Assembly: GCA_013265495.1 (NCBI GenBank) | Contig: MU058584.1 | Location: 4,346,508 to 4,410,507, forward strand | Direction: 5' to 3' | Origin: Vicugna vicugna | Taxonomy: Eukaryota | DNA length: 64,000 bases | In this document: positions 1 through 14,692 of the stretch, in pieces | Position numbering within the stretch: the stretch's first letter is position 1 | Layout of the letters: every line of letters starts with the position of its first letter | Notes under the pieces: generated by a model | What the model saw: only the letters and a program-made list of their open reading frames with translations | What the model was told of the DNA's origin: nothing | Database searches by the model: none | Program-made: the position numbers and the translations under genes

Positions 1-634
1 CAGGGGCCTGTTTTGGAGGCCTGTTTCTGGACTAGCCCTGTGACAAAGTTGGTGAAAAATAGAGAGTGGCTTTCAGAGGGCAGTTTTAATCCACTTGCAT
101 GGGCATTTAGGAGTGGAGCATGTAGGAAATAGTGTTTCTAGCTGTTTTTGGCTTTTTCCTAAAGGTCATTTATTCTTAAATTTATTCCTAAATCAAAGGT
201 CACTTATTATCCTTAATGTCTTCTAAACTATAATGTCTGGTAGAGGGAGGTTTTATCAGAAATTAAAAAAAATAGGTTTCTTGCTTTTTTTTTTTTAACA
301 AGTTTGGAAATTTGATCAATTATAGGAAAAATTTGTTTAGTTTGGGTTTCCAAATAAAAGAGATACAGACAATGTCTTCATCAAAGAGCCACTAAGATAT
401 AAAGAGTTAGAAGACCAAAAGGGAAAAGTTAATGGAACCAGAATTAAACAGTATAAAAAAGAAAACCATACTGATTTTTCTGTTAATTCAGGCTAATTTT
501 AGCATTTATTACCATCCACAGCCCCTAAGTGTGCTGTTTTGCATAGAACTTTGCTTTGTCAAACCAATGGAAGGAACTAGTCGATTAAAAGCACTTTTTA
601 ATTTCCTTTCACTTCTTTCGTTTTTTCCTTTGGT

Positions 635-755
635 GGGTGGTAGATAATTAGGTTTGCTTATTTATTTATTTTTAGTGATGGTACTGGGGATTGAACCCAA
701 GACCTCGTGCATGCTAAGCCTGCGCTCTACTGTTTGAGCTATAGCCACCCCCCTC
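635..755 (-). mobile_element. tRNA-derived SINE (camelid Vic-1-like)
   Basis: Reverse complement of the head TATAGCTCAA..GTAGAGCGC..GCTTAGCATGCACGAGGTC..GGGTTCAATCCCCAGTACC plus the AAATAAATAA..CCTAATTA tail. Confidence 0.85.
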
Positions 756-964
756 ATTTCACTTCTAATTAAAACTTTTGAATAGTACTATATAGATATG
801 GTTCAAAAGTTAAAAAAGAGTACATGGTGAAGAATCTTCCTCTGTCTCCTGTCCCCTTGCTGAGGAGGCCAGTGTTAGTTTCCTGTGTATCTTTTCAGGG
901 AGATTTTATGGAGATACGAGCAAATCTGTCAGCAATAGCATCCCATACACATTGTTCGACAGTT

Positions 965-2080
965 TGCTTTTGTTTTTTAACAGCAGCTTTACTGCGGTAC
1001 AGTTCACATACTAGGAAACTCACCATTTTAGAGCATAGAATTCAGTGTGTGTGGGTGTGTGTGTGTGTGTTTAGTATATTTATAGAATAATGCAGCCATC
1101 ACTACTGTCCAATTTTAGAATACTTTCATTACCCCATAATGAAACCCTATACTCATTGGTGCTCACTCCCCATCCCCCTCTGCTCCCAGCCCCCACCAGT
1201 CTTCTTTCTGTCTCTGTGGGGTTGCCTATTCTGGAAATTTCATGTAAATGGGCTCACATAATACGGGACCTTTTGTATTCAGCTTTCACTTAACATGTTT
1301 TCATGGTTCATCCATGATACAGCATGTATCAATATGTTTTTTCTTTTTTATGGCTGAAAAATATTCCATTGTATGGATATGCCACACTTTGTTTATCCAT
1401 TCATCAATTGATGGGCACGTTTTCGGGTCTCTTGGGTATATGCTTAGGAGGCAAACTGCTAAGTCGATGGTAACTGTCTGTTTAACCATTTGAGGAACTG
1501 CCAGTCTGTTTTCCAAAGGGCTGCACTGTTTTACACTCCCACCAGCAATGTAGAGAGATCTAACTTCTCCGCATCCTCACTTACTGTATTTTTGAATAGC
1601 CTGCCTAGTGGGTATGAAGTGGTATCTCACTGTGGTTTCATTTCTGTCCCTCTAATGATTAGGAATGTCTGAGCATCTTTTCATTTGCTTATTGGCCATT
1701 AATATATCTTCTTTGGAGAAATATCTATTCAAGTCCTTTGTTCATTTTTTAATTACTTTGTCTTTTTATAGTTGAATTATACATGTTATTTATATACTTT
1801 GGCTACAAGTCCCTTAACAGATACAAAATTTGCAAATGTTTTCTCCATTCTGTGGGTTGACTTTCTTAATGCATCCTTTGAGGCTCAAAGGGTTTTAATT
1901 TTGATTAAGTCCAGTTTCCCTATTCTTTTGTTGCTCATGCTTTTGATGTCATACCTAAGAAACCATTGCCTGATACAGCATCACGGAGTTACTCTCTGTT
2001 GTCTTCTCAGAATTTTATAGTTTTAGCTTTTACATTTAAGTCAATGATACAGTTTGAGTTAATTTTTGTATGTGATGTGT
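965..2080 (-). mobile_element. Old L1 (L1M) 3' fragment
   Basis: Typical antisense L1 3'UTR/ORF2-end text such as ttatccattcatcaattgatgggcac, ttgaggaactgcca and cttctttggagaaatatctattcaa. Confidence 0.8.
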
Positions 2081-3324
2081 CTACATTTTGCTTTCTTCAT
2101 TTAATAATATGTCTTGGAGATCACTTCCTCGTTCTTTCTTATGATACCAGGGTATTCCCCTGAAGAGACACTACATTTATTTAAATAGTTCCCCCGCTGA
2201 TGAAAATTTACATAAACATTTGGGTTTGGAGATTATTTCAAAATCTCATGTGGTTTAAAAAGTCATTTCATACCAGCCTCCTCAAAGTAGCATTTTCAAC
2301 CATTTGACAGACTTTGTTCTAAGCAATTCTTGCCATCCAGAAGCCTTTGAGTAAATGCCAGTGCTCTGTGAAGAATGACCCCCCCACCAAGGAATTATTT
2401 CAAGAGATTTCACTCCACTAAATGTTTACAGTAAGAGAGGAGGCAGAAGATTCAATTATCTGAAAACATCTGTAAAAATACTTCAGAGGAACATGATGCT
2501 CTAGAATTTCGTCATACATTTTAAACTCTGTTCAATTACATATGACTTAGTAGCATGTGTCCTCTCCTTTTACTGTATAGAATCTAAGTGGGTAATAATT
2601 CAAACTTTGGGCAATTCAGCCAGCCACCAAGTAAGCAGTAGAGTATCTGGAGATTGTGAAACATGGGGATTTCTTTTTTAAATAAAGAGGAAGCTTAGGG
2701 GAAAATCTTGAAATACACCAACACTTTGATCATCTGGCCACTGGTAAGCAAAAAGAGGCTAAGGGACAGCTAGGATTAATATGACAACGTCTGTTCCTTA
2801 AAGTTCCTGAGCTTTACTCTTAACACAGTTCTTTATTAAGAGACTGTTTCCTCCTGTTTTATACACTAATTAAATTAGCATGATGTCACAAAAAGCACTT
2901 TGGAATTTTTCAGATCTTTTTTCCGTTCTTGATGATAATGGACATCTTCAGTAAGTTACTCACCCTTTCTGGACTAGAGTTTTTTCATCTGTAAAGTGAA
3001 CATGAGCTAGATCAGTTTCCAAGCACGTAATAGATTGGACCAATTAATTAGGAGGTGGCATAGGGGCTCCTGGAGGCAAACTGCAGTCAACAGTGGTGAC
3101 AACAGATTACCTGATTGGAAGGGTAATCGTAAGAAAATGAAAAACATTTACAAAGGTTCAAAAATAATCATGGCTGAAGGCAGCTAGATAGGGGCAAATA
3201 GCCCTACATATCTCAGTGGCCCCAGAGGGTATCACTAAATTATATTATGTTCTTGACAGCCGCACAAGTCCCGCATTACCAAAGAGTTAGCAAAAAAAAA
3301 AAATCAACGAAACAGTATGTTCTT

Positions 3325-4100
3325 TTCCATTTTTTTAATATATACTCTTAGACTTACAGAAAAGTGGCAAAAGAATGCAAAGAATACCATCTACCCTTCA
3401 ACTAGATGTTAACATTTTATTATATTTTCTTAATCTCTCTCCCTCTCCCTCATGTGTGTGTTTCTCAACTATGTGAGAGCAGCAGAAATGCTGGTTCCTT
3501 ATCTGTAAATATTTTTTGTGTGTGTGTGTACCTTTATCTTTACATACTTTAATGTGTGTTCCCTAAAGATTAAGAACATCATTTTATATAACCACAGTGT
3601 AATGATCAAAATCAGGAAATCAGTACTGATATAGTACTGTTATCACGTATGCAGACTTTATTCAGGTGTTGCCATTTGTCCCAATAACGTCCCCGATAGC
3701 AGAAGAAAATCCAGAATCATGTGTTCCATACACTTGTCGTGTCTCTTTAGTCAGCAGCACTTCCTGAGTCTTTTTTCCCTTAATTTCATATTAACGTTTT
3801 TGAAGAGTACAGGCCAGTTACATAGTAGAATGTCCCTCCATCGGGTTTATCTGGATGATGATTCAGGTTATGCACACATGTGTGTAATACAAATGCGGCA
3901 GGGGTACCACGGCAGTGATGTTCTGTTCCTCTCAGTGCATCAAGGAGACATTGGTTACCGATTGGTTCTATTATTAATGATGTTAACTTTGTCAGGATGG
4001 TTTCTGTCATATTTCTCCACTGTACAGTAACTAATTTTTCCCTTTATAATTAATGACTATCTTTTGGAGGAATGCTTTGAAACTATATAAATATTGCTGA
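3325..4100 (-). mobile_element. Old L1 (L1MC-like) 3' fragment
   Basis: ttagacttacagaaaagtggcaaaa..., tttgaagagtacaggccagtt, tttctccactgta. Confidence 0.65.
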
Positions 4101-5139
4101 CCTTCACTCATTGGATTAACTTTTTATGAACACAGAAGAAAAATATATTTTAGCAAGATTTTCATGAAAATGGTTTAACACTAGTGTTAAAAAAAAAAAC
4201 TTCAAGGAGCTTGTGGCCACCGTATGATAAATAGAATCATGTAGAATTCCTTATGATTAATTATTTCAAAGAAATTAGGTGTATGCAATACTTAGTGTTT
4301 TAAAATATCCGTCACATACCTAAAGTCAATTTGTAAGCTTATAAATGTAAAAATAATTTGATTTCTTAGTAGTATCGTTGCTTTTGAAAGATTTAGGGAT
4401 GAGTCATTCCCGGAAGTTTTTCTACTTTGTCCAGTGTTAAGGGAAGAATGAAGCAAACAAAACTTCTTTGAGAAAAAAGTCTTCTAAATGTGTCTCCTTT
4501 CCCTCCTTTCCCTGTGTCTCTTCATTATCTCTGCCCCAAGGTCCACTTTTACCTTGTCTCCCTGCTTAAAAATACTCGGTGGTTACCCATGTCCCACGGG
4601 GTCAAGTTCCAGCTTCTCAGCCTACCTTTTCTTTGAAGTTTTCTTCTATCCCAGCCAAACTAATCTACATAACCCACTTGGAAACTTTATCTCATGTTTT
4701 TCTGTCTCTGCAAGATGTCCCTCCCATCTGTTTACCTTGATTCTTGTCAACATTCCAGATAAAATTCAAGTGTATTCCCCATAAAACACTCCCTGACTGA
4801 CCTCTTCATTTTTCAAACATCAGCTTTAATTAACTGCATGTAGTCTCTTTGCTACCTTAGGGAGATGCTTTAGTAGGAACTTTTTACAGGAGAATAAGGT
4901 GGTACAGACAAGAGATAAAATACAGACCAGGTAGCATGTAACAAGGTTTGGGAGGGCTGTTCTCTTGTGGCCTCCGTTGGGCCCAGACCCTGCACACTGT
5001 GGGCACCACTGTTTCGTGCCTACAGTCTCCTGTGTGTATGTTCATGTATCGTGTCTCATGAGACTGTACCTCCCACAGAGCCTAGCACTTATTTGCTATT
5101 CAATAGATAAGTTATTTAATTGATATTAGTGTCTTTTGA

Positions 5140-5263
5140 TTTCTTGGGGGGGTGTAATTAGTTTTATTTATTCACTTTTTAGAGGAGATACTGGGAATTG
5201 AACCCAGGACCTTGTGCATGCTAAACAGGTACTCGACCACCTGAGCTATAACCACCCCCCCCC
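5140..5263 (-). mobile_element. tRNA-derived SINE (Vic-1-like)
   Basis: Same head and tail as the other copies, in reverse orientation. Confidence 0.85.
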
Positions 5264-8200
5264 TACTTTTGGGGTTTTATTCTAACAAAGCCTGCATCTC
5301 AACAGGAAAAGGGGGCGCATATTTCCATTCTTGTCTGATATTTTTCTTCATGTCCAAGAGTGAGCGTTTACCCTTTGAGCTCTTTCTGGCATTGATAAGT
5401 TAGGGCTGATTAATCTGGACTCTCTGCCAGCTTTTTCTTAAAGCCAGAGAGAGCTTGACTGAGTGGGGTTAAGTTTCCATTGAAGGGCAACTTGTTTCTT
5501 TATTTTAGGGAAAAAAAAAAGGTGCTTATACGTGTCATTAACCAAAGCCTCACATTATAGGAATTCAAAAAATGCAGCTCTTCTCAGTCTGTTTACTCCT
5601 TACGTGTTCCTTGAGAGCTTTCTGACGGCCAGGAAGTATCTCATGTGTTGGGCACACACACTTCAAATAGAGGTAGTTCCATCCTTCGAGGAGCCTAGAA
5701 TCTGGTAGGGGAGCTCAAGACAACTGCGGGACTGATACCAAAAAGATTTGGCTTCTCACTGGAAGGTGTAGCTTCAGTAGACTGCAGACCCAGAGAGGTG
5801 TGTGACAAAGACTAAGTTGCGGGGAACAAGAGGCGGTCAGATCAGGGAGGGTTTCACTGAAGTCATGTTTAGGTTAGAGTCGAGATTCTGTAGGATTTCA
5901 GAGGTGGACTCATTCCAAACTGAGTAAACACACACATCATGTGCCCAGAGGTATGCCAGCTGTGTGGCATGTTGCAGGAAGCAAGAGCAGGCCGATACCA
6001 GCTCACCAGCAACAGCCCTGGCCAAACATAAAGCTGGAAGGGCAGAGGGGGCGGGGAGTGTTACTTTGAAAAGCCTAGGATAGCATGCTGAGGACTTCAG
6101 GCTCGGGAAGCAATGGGGGAGCTTTAAAACTGGGTTTTAAATAAGAAATTAGCTTAGACAAACTTGCATTTAATTGGGAACCTGCCCAAAGAATTACCAG
6201 GTGGAAGGTACAGCTCTGTCAGTACCTACGGTCCCCGGAAGGATGGAGTGTTTCCTCCTTCATGTAATTCACTTCCCCCTGTGGGCTTAAAATGTGGTCA
6301 GTCTGCTTGTCCAGCTTCAGGTTGCTCTGGCAGCAGGCTCTGGTTTTACACACCTTCAGTAAACTCGAACTTCTCAAGAACCAAGCTGGGAAGTGGTTTT
6401 TAAGCTCTCTTCAGATTTCTAGGGCATTTCAGGAACTGTGTTTTAGAACTTCTGAATGTTTGATGTACGTTTCATTTGTTTCTAAAGTGTATGTTTAACC
6501 ATTAATATAATAGTAAGGAACAACATGCCAGATACTAGGTTATATACGTAATTTGGGGACTTTGGAGACCACTGCCATGTTAACTCTGGCAGCCAGTGCA
6601 TTCTTTAGAATTAAGCAGATGTTTGTAATTTCCGTGTATACATTTAAACTTGTGTGTGACTGATTAAGAGGATAGTAGAACGCTGCCCTAGTCCTCTGAA
6701 AAATTCAGGTCTATGCATGTGCACTCATATATATTTTACAAGCCAGCATACCTGAACCTACACTCAGTCAAATGCCAGGCAAGGCTCGGCTCATGTTTCA
6801 GGCATGGTCTTTTTTATTATAGTATCATAAGTGAAGTCCAGTGTCTCATTGATGTGCTGGATAGTGGTTACAGGCTTAGAATCACGTTGGGGCCTTTTAA
6901 AAATCCTGATGCCGAGGCCACACCCCATACTTATTAAATCAGAATCCCTGGGAGTAGGGACAGGAACCAGCCATGAGTAATTTTTTTTTAATTGAAGTGT
7001 AGTTGATTTACAATGCTAATTTCAGGTGTAAGTGATTTTTTAAAAAATAGACTTTATTTTTCACAGAAAAATTGAGAGATTATATACCCATATTTCTTCT
7101 GCCCCAACACATGCATAGCCTCCCTCATTACCAGCATCCCCACCAGAGTGGTGCATTTACTGCAACTGAGGAACCTACATTGACAGATTGTTAACACCAT
7201 TTACATTTTTGTAAATCACTTACATTCTTGTCCGTCCGTCATTTACATTCTTGGTGTTGTAGACTTTTGGTATTGTACCTTCTCTGGATTTGAACAAGCG
7301 TATAAAGACATATATCCATCATTGCAGAGTGGCTTCACGAGCCATCACTATTTTTCAAAGCTCTCTAGGTGATTCCAAAATTCAGCCAAGGTGGAGAACC
7401 ACTGTGCTGTGTTCTACTTCTGGGACTTATTGTTGTCAGTTCTGAGTACTTCTTGTCTGACTTGTATGTAAAAACTACCTCTGTCTCCATTATATATTGG
7501 GTTCCACATAAGACTCTGTTTGAATAAAGGATTCTGTTAAAGATTGATAATCATCGTAGTAGAAGGAGCCAGGCTTTGGAGTCAGAGGGTCCTAGATTCA
7601 ACTTTTGGCTCCACATTTGCTGAATAAGTCACTTGGGCAAATTCCTTAGCCTCCCTGAGCTTCTGTCTAATAGAAAATACCCAACAGTGATGCTGAGAAA
7701 TAATAAATGTACCACAGTTTAATGATGCTTAAGTGATAGTAAGCACTTAAAATGTGGTGGTTTGGCAGTTGCACCTTCTCTTTTGCCCTGTTTTGGAGAC
7801 AAGGAGTTACCCTTCTTGCCATCAACCACAGGCAAGTACTTTACCATCTTTTGGGTTTTTGTTCCTGTAATATTGTGTAGTAGCCTTTTCTGGACTAGAT
7901 TAAATTTTGGTTCAGATATCTTCTAACAGACTGCAGCTTTCTGGTAAAATTTAACAGCTCGGAAAAATAGATTTCCAGAGCAGTGGTCTTTTGCTTCCAT
8001 GGAAAGTTTGATACGCTGTTTCTCGGCCCCTGGGAAGTATAAACTATGTGAGAGTGTTACTCTGTTATCCATGAGATCTGCCCCCAGAGCTGACGACATG
8101 TTCTTTATGCTGAACATTTTAGTCCACTGTAACCTGTCGGAAGTAAAGCGATCTGATTTCTTCCCCAGAACGTCTTTATTTTCATCTGCTTGCTAAGAAC

Positions 8201-11185
8201 TGAGAAATGTTTGGACAATTTTGGAGTAATGTTTGGACGCAAATCATGCAATGCAGGTTGTCTACAACTGTGGCGTTTGTGTGGACTGCTTGGTTGTTTG
8301 GAGACCTTGGTCTTGAGCGGAAGCCCTGCCCTGTCTCTGCGCCAGCCCCGTGTACCTCCCAGGGGCCAGGCACTGGGCCTCTCTCTGCTCGTGCCCTGCA
8401 GATGTGTGTCCGTGGTCTCCACGAGACTGTCAGGCCCTCGAGGGCAGAGGCTGAGTCCCAGCGTGGCTTGAAAGAATGAATGGTTGATTGAAAAAAGGAA
8501 AGCCGTAGCAGGAAAGAAAGATGAACAGTAGACACATAGAGGAGGGCAAACAAGAAATACCAGTGCTTTAAGAAGTCAAGTGATTCGTTCAGTGACTGGC
8601 CTGATTCAGGACCTTTTGAATATCTCTCATTTGAGAAACAGAAAGATCTTTGTTGGTACAGAGGTCAAGGATAGAGATGTGGCCAGCTGGCCATCCATCA
8701 TGAGTGGAAGGAGTCAGCTCTGAGAGGAATGTGGTAACCCTGTGTGTTTTAAAGTGCATGGATTTTTAAATTATTCTTATTATTGAACATTTCAAAAGAT
8801 GAGTCACGTTTGGGATAGTCTCACCTGAAGAGGAAGGTGACTCTTGGAGGAAACCTGTGTAAGCCTTCTCTGAGATAGTGTCAGCATTCAAACTTGACCC
8901 TGAGTAATCTCTGCAAATACTTTTTGTGTTGGGCATGATGCTGAAGCTGTTGGCTGTGGCACAAGTATAATGTTTACAGCTGAGCTTAAATGAGTTGAGG
9001 TTGGTCTTTTTTATTCTCTCCATTCATCCATCCCATTCATTCATTTTTTTCCAACTTTCAAACAAACATTTGTCGAACACACTGACAAGGGGGGTAGGCA
9101 TTTGCGAGGTAATGGGGTTGGTGTGATAAAAAAGGTGGACACAGTCCCCCCGCCCTCCCCTGGGGATGGCCCCAGTCTCCCCAGTAGAGTGGGAGGGGGG
9201 CCGGGTGGGGTGTAAGGGGGCAGACGCCAGGAGGAAGTCACTTTTCCACTGTGGCCTGAAGCCTAACTGCAGACCGAGTACGGAAGAGTGTGTCCCTGAC
9301 AAATGAAAAGCTTAATTGATTAGTATTTGTGGCTCATTGAATAGAGTATATTTTCGCCGCCTCCCCTTACTGTGCCATCTGGTTGAGGGAGTGCCAAAAT
9401 AGCCCTGATGCACGGAGAAAAGGAGCCCACGTCAGCCGCAGGGTGGCCCTGTTCCGAGGGGGCTGTGAGGCCTCTGACCCGACACCAGCGTTGTTTCCGC
9501 GGACCCACGTGGTCTGTTGGCTTTCCTTTATCCAGCCTGGTCGCAGGAGTCCCAGCTGCACTGTGAGGGGACCCCATGCTGGAGCATTCGGAAATTAAAG
9601 GAGTAACTCTCTTATCACCTACTGAGGTCTTCCTTTCTCTCTTGAGAAAAACCCAGTTTTTATTCTGAAAAATAAAACACACACAAAAGAGAGTGTGTGT
9701 GTGTGTGTGTGTGCAGTTCGCAAAGCACACATTAAAAGGAGCTCCCAGGCTCCCAGTCCCTCACTACCTGGCCTGGGACATTAAACATGGCCATTAGTGT
9801 GTGCTGTTCACATCCTACCCCCTCCACTCCGCTCCAGTCATAACCACTAATCTGAATTTTGTGTTCAATGTTCTGTTTTGTCTCTCTTTTACTGTGTTTT
9901 AAAAGGTCATCTTTATTTTTGTGCTAGGAAATATTACAGTATCAGGCTACCGCCGTGTGCCATCGGCCAACACAAGAGAGAGGCCGGGAAGCTGTTTGAA
10001 TAAATTGCTTGATTGTACTCTTTTAAGGAGGAGAATATACTGGTAACATCAAAGCCCCTTTAAAAACACGTCAAAGCAAAAGCCTTTCGATTTCAAGGAA
10101 AACCTTAACAGGATTTGTTTAAAAAACGGTTTTTACAAACCAGGGTACGACACATGGACGTAGCAGGAACATGACAAGGAGTTGCTTCCACCAAAGCCAG
10201 TGACACCCCTGTTATTTCAAGCCAGGCCGTGAAGGTGTGCCTGTTCGTCATAATGCTGCCCCGGTGTATTTAAAATGATTTTGTGGTATCAGAGTTTGAA
10301 TTTGCTGGAGTAAGTTTATCTTGACATGTTAGTTGGGAACCCTTATGGACATTGATACGACTTCAGTGATTCAAAATATTGAAATAGATCATGTCAGAAA
10401 TAGCCCTTTGGGCAAACCATGTTCGAATTTGCATTTTTCTTTGTGGTTGTGATGGATGTTGTTTGTTTTCTTGTATCTGCACCCCCCCTTCCCCTTAAAC
10501 TGTCAGGTTCTCCATCCACAATGAGAGAATATCAAGTTCTGAGTATCATATCTGACTACTTAGTGAGTTGAGTTCACAGACTTCTTGACTGCTTGTCAAA
10601 TGACTTTGCACCCTTTTTTCATTTGAATTGCTCTCCCTCTTTTGAGGGTCATTGTCACTTCGCTGCTAAATGGTATTTTGGGGCAACCTAGTGTATTTCA
10701 GAAGTTTCTTTCCCAGAGCTCAGCAGGAGGAGGGTTGTTTCTTTTTGTTTGTCTTCTTGCCCTTTGAGCTCTAGTGTACCTAGCACTACTCCTTCCCCAG
10801 GAAGAAAGTCAGCCCCGCTTCCATTACTGTTCTGAAGTTTATCTGTAAGTTAATGTGTAACTCAGAGTCCAAAGTTGGCCGGTTACAAAAACATGTGCGT
10901 ATCACTTAATCTTTTTATTTCGTTTCATTACGTCTCTGTGTTTTTATTCCTGAGGCAGTTGGTTTTTCCAGGACTCAACAAGAGGCTCCCCCTATGCACC
11001 AGCCATCTATGAGTTTTTAAACTAAAGTTTTAATACTTTTCACAGCGATTTTTTACCACCATGCCATAATTGTAAATCTTAGGCCTGAAAGAAACGTATG
11101 TAATAATCTTACTCAGACTGGGATTCCAGTCCACAGGGACATGGGATGATGCAGATTAGAACAGTAGTTTGTCTACATCTCAGTG

Positions 11186-11649
11186 TGTTACCGAAAAGTT
11201 GTTACCAAAAAATCGGCCTCTGCACCCCGAAAAGCAAATTCAAACTGGGAGACAGAGTTTGGGAGCAAAGAAGAGAGCAGCTTTATTGCTTTGCCCGGCA
11301 AAGGGCAGTCACAGCAGGCTCATGCCTTGGAAACTGAATCCATCGTGGGGTTGGGGTCTTGAGGTTTTATAGAAAAACTGGATGGAACAGAAAAGGTGGT
11401 AACATTTTAAATGTTACATTCTCTCCATCTTGATAGGAACTTGCTGTTATAGAGGAATTTAGGAGGGTCTGCCCATTTTCTTGAGGTTCAGCCCATGACC
11501 TTCTTTCAAGACCTCTAGGCTAAAAGGATAAGTTATTCGAAGAAAAGAGTGCACAGGGGGTGGGGAGCGTGTTAGTCATAAGGTCAGTTCAGCTAAAAGT
11601 GCAGGCCTGAACAACTCAATAGCCATCTCGTTAGTTTGCTGCTCTTTCA
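11186..11649 (-). mobile_element. Solo LTR (ERV1-like)
   Basis: TG...CA ends, minus-strand AATAAA at 11282-11287, LTR-type composition. Confidence 0.65.
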
Positions 11650-12199
11650 AATGCCCTTTATATTTGCATTATTTAGCCATTCTAACTAGCCCATTAAAAC
11701 TCTTCTATGACCCTGAAGGTGAGCCATTTGAATTCCACAGTAAATTTGCTGTGTACTTCCATAATACTCCTAGCACTTAGAGAGAGAGAGAGAGAGAGAA
11801 AAGGAAGGAAGGAAAGGAAGAAAGAAAAGGCTGGGCGAGGCTAACGATTCCCGGTTTAAGAACCCAGCGAGCTCATCCCCTGACTTGGACTATGTGGAAT
11901 GTATGAGGGGGGCTCTCTGTCTGTTTTCCTTTCTTTCCCGACACCAGAGAAACTTGCTAATAAGCAGATGTCATTGGTGCTTATCACAGTTGATCAGAAG
12001 CTGTTGTACCGTTCTTGGCAAAAGCGCTTTGGGCTTCTACTATGTGCAGTTTTAGGAAGGGTCTCTGCTGAAACTTCTCCCTGAGATCAGCTGTGCTGAG
12101 CACCTGACTCAGCCGTTCGCATGGTTGATGATTCTTCTCTTGTCTCTCATGGAATCACGATTTCCTGTCTCCGGTCCGTAGCATTCTCTAAACTGGGGC

Positions 12200-13740
12200 A
12201 CTCGTCACAGGTAGAGGAGCAACAAGGTGACGGGGTGTCTGCTCAGCATGTTTGTGGGGGAAGCGTGGGAGGTGGGGTCTGAGAGGTGGCCGGGAGCTAG
12301 CTTATGTCGGGCTCTGTGGGCCACTCTGAGGACTCGGACCTGATCCTGGCTGATATGGGGAACCGATGGAGGGTTTTGAACCAAGGAATGATAAGATCTG
12401 ACTCGCATTTTGACAAGATCTCTCTGGCCTGTCCGTAGCTTAGCCACAATTAAGTGGCTGAGGGTGGAAGCAGAGACATCAGCTCCAGAAGTCACTGAAA
12501 TGATCTGGATGAACAACACTGGTGGCTTGGACTAAGATGTGGCGCTGAAAGAGCAGGAGAGGTCAATTTCTAGATAGGTTCTTAGTAGAGACACATGCTT
12601 TGGGATGGCCTGGAGGTAAGTTGTGAGAAAGAGGAGGCATCCAGAGTTTTGGCCTCAGCCCCTGGAAGGCTGGAGTGATCACTTACTGAAATGGAGACGA
12701 CCGTGGAAGGATAGGTGTTGGGGTGGGAATCAGGAATTCATTCTGGACATAATAAATTTCAGATGCCAATTAGATCCAAGTGAAGTTGTTGGATAAACAT
12801 TTGTATATGTATGCAAGGGTGTGTGTGTATGTACAGGGGTCATCAGCATTTAGGAGGCATTTGCAGCCCTGAAACTAGATGAGGTCACCACGAGGATGAA
12901 AAGATAAGAAGTCAGGGGAATGATCTGGGACTCTGCACCTTACAGGGGTCAGGGGAGCTAGGAAAGGAGCAGGTAATGAGATGAGAAGAAAATCTAAAGG
13001 GAATGATGTTTCAGAAGCCAAACTGAAAAAAAAAAAAAGTTTCCAAGGAGGGAGAGATAACTTTGTCATGCTGCAGGTGGATCAGTAAGATGAGGTTTGA
13101 GAATGAATATTGATTTAGCCACGTGGAGGTCATTGGCTTCCTAAACAGGAACAGTCTGAGTGCAGTACCGGGGATGAGAGCTGGAACTGGGCTTGTTCAG
13201 GAGACAGTGGGAGGAGAGAGACTGGGCACAGTGACTCTAGGCAATTCTTTCACGATTTGTAAATTAGAGGAAGGCAAAGGGATCATAGCTGAGGGCAGAT
13301 GCAGGGTCAAGGTTTTTTTCCCCTAACGTTGAGATATAAACAAATGTAATTATATGGCTGATGGCAGGAGAGTGGGGTATAGATGGTGTGGGGAAATGTG
13401 GAAGGATTGCTGGGCACTGTTAGGAGTCCTCTTTGAAGTTAGTGGTCATGAATTTAAGGTGAAACCAGTCAGTGGGAGTGTTTGCTTTTCTCCCGTCTGT
13501 GCAGTGTGGGTGGAGAAGTGGATTTAACCAGAATTGAAGTTTGGTGGGGTGAATGCACTGCCAGGAGAGAGGCAAGGGAACGAGGTGAGTCTCATGCTGC
13601 ACCGTGGATCTAATCTGAGGGGGCAAATGAAGACATGCTGGGGATGAGACAGTAAAAGGACTGGAAGACTGAAGGATTCTGGGCTCTAATGTGGCTAAAG
13701 GATCAATAAAATTGATACTGGAAAAAAATTAATGTATGGT
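12200..13740. mobile_element. Ancient L2 LINE fragment(s)
   Basis: Purine-rich L2-type text such as ttttgaaccaaggaatgataagatctgact and gaaactagatgaggtcacc. Confidence 0.6.
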
Positions 13741-13751
13741 GAGAGGAGGGC

Positions 13752-14363
13752 TGTTTCTCAGCTCTCATTTGACTCTCTGGGATGTGGCCCACCAAGTGTG
13801 GGTCCTTGGCCTTGTGCAGAAAAGAATTCAAGGGCGAGCCACTGTTGAGTAAACACAGATTTATTTAGATATATACTCCATAGAGTGTAGGCTGTTTCAG
13901 AAGGCAAGAGAAAGGCCATGACATGTAGGGGTTGGGTGCTTAGATTAAAGTAAAAGTAGGTACACACTCTGCAGAGTGCGGGCCATCTCTGAAAACGAGG
14001 CAATGAGAGAGGTGGCCACGCAGTGTTGCCAGTTTTTATGGGCTCAGTAGCTTCATGTGCCAACAAGTGGGAGAACCATTCCAACTACCCTGGGGAAGGG
14101 GCTGGGATTCCCAGGAATTAGGCCACCACCCACTCTTTGACCTTTTATGATTAGCCTGAAGCTGTCACGGCACCTGTATGAGTGTCGTTTACCATGTTAA
14201 TATTACAGTGAGCATATGATGAAGCCCAAGGTCTACTAGAAGTCAAATCTCCTGCCATCTTGAGCCTCAAAGTCTACTGGGAGTTGAATCTTCCTCCATT
14301 TTGGTGTTAATTGCTGTGCCATTCCTTGAATGGCTGTGCCCTGCCCCCTTCCCTCCTGTCTCA
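13752..14363 (-). mobile_element. Solo LTR (ERV1-like) interrupting older repeat sequence
   Basis: aaagaattcaagggcgagcc...tttatt near the left end and cctgtctca at the right end. Left boundary approximate. Confidence 0.65.
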
Positions 14364-14472
14364 AAATCAGGGCATTGGAGGAAATGCTCTGGAAATGTCT
14401 AAGGTGGTCAGTCAAAGAGTAAAGAGCCTGAAATTGAGACTGTGGAGGGGGCGCAGGTATTGATGGTAGAAT

Positions 14473-14692
14473 CAGTCATTCCCAACCATGAGCAGTTTGC
14501 TCTCGAGGAAGGGACATTTTGCTGTTGTCTAAGGACATTTTTGGTTGTCAAAACTGGAAGGGGAGAAGATGGTACAGACATTTAGTAGCGGTCAGGGATG
14601 CTGCTGAACATCCTGTAATGCACAGGAGAGCTCCCACAACGAAGAGTGATCTGGCCCCGTCATCACCAGTCCCACGGTTGACAAGCCTGGTC
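14473..14692. mobile_element. MER20-like hAT DNA transposon relic
   Basis: gacatttttggttgtcaaaactgg...cagggatgctgctgaacatcctgtaatgcacagg. Confidence 0.7.
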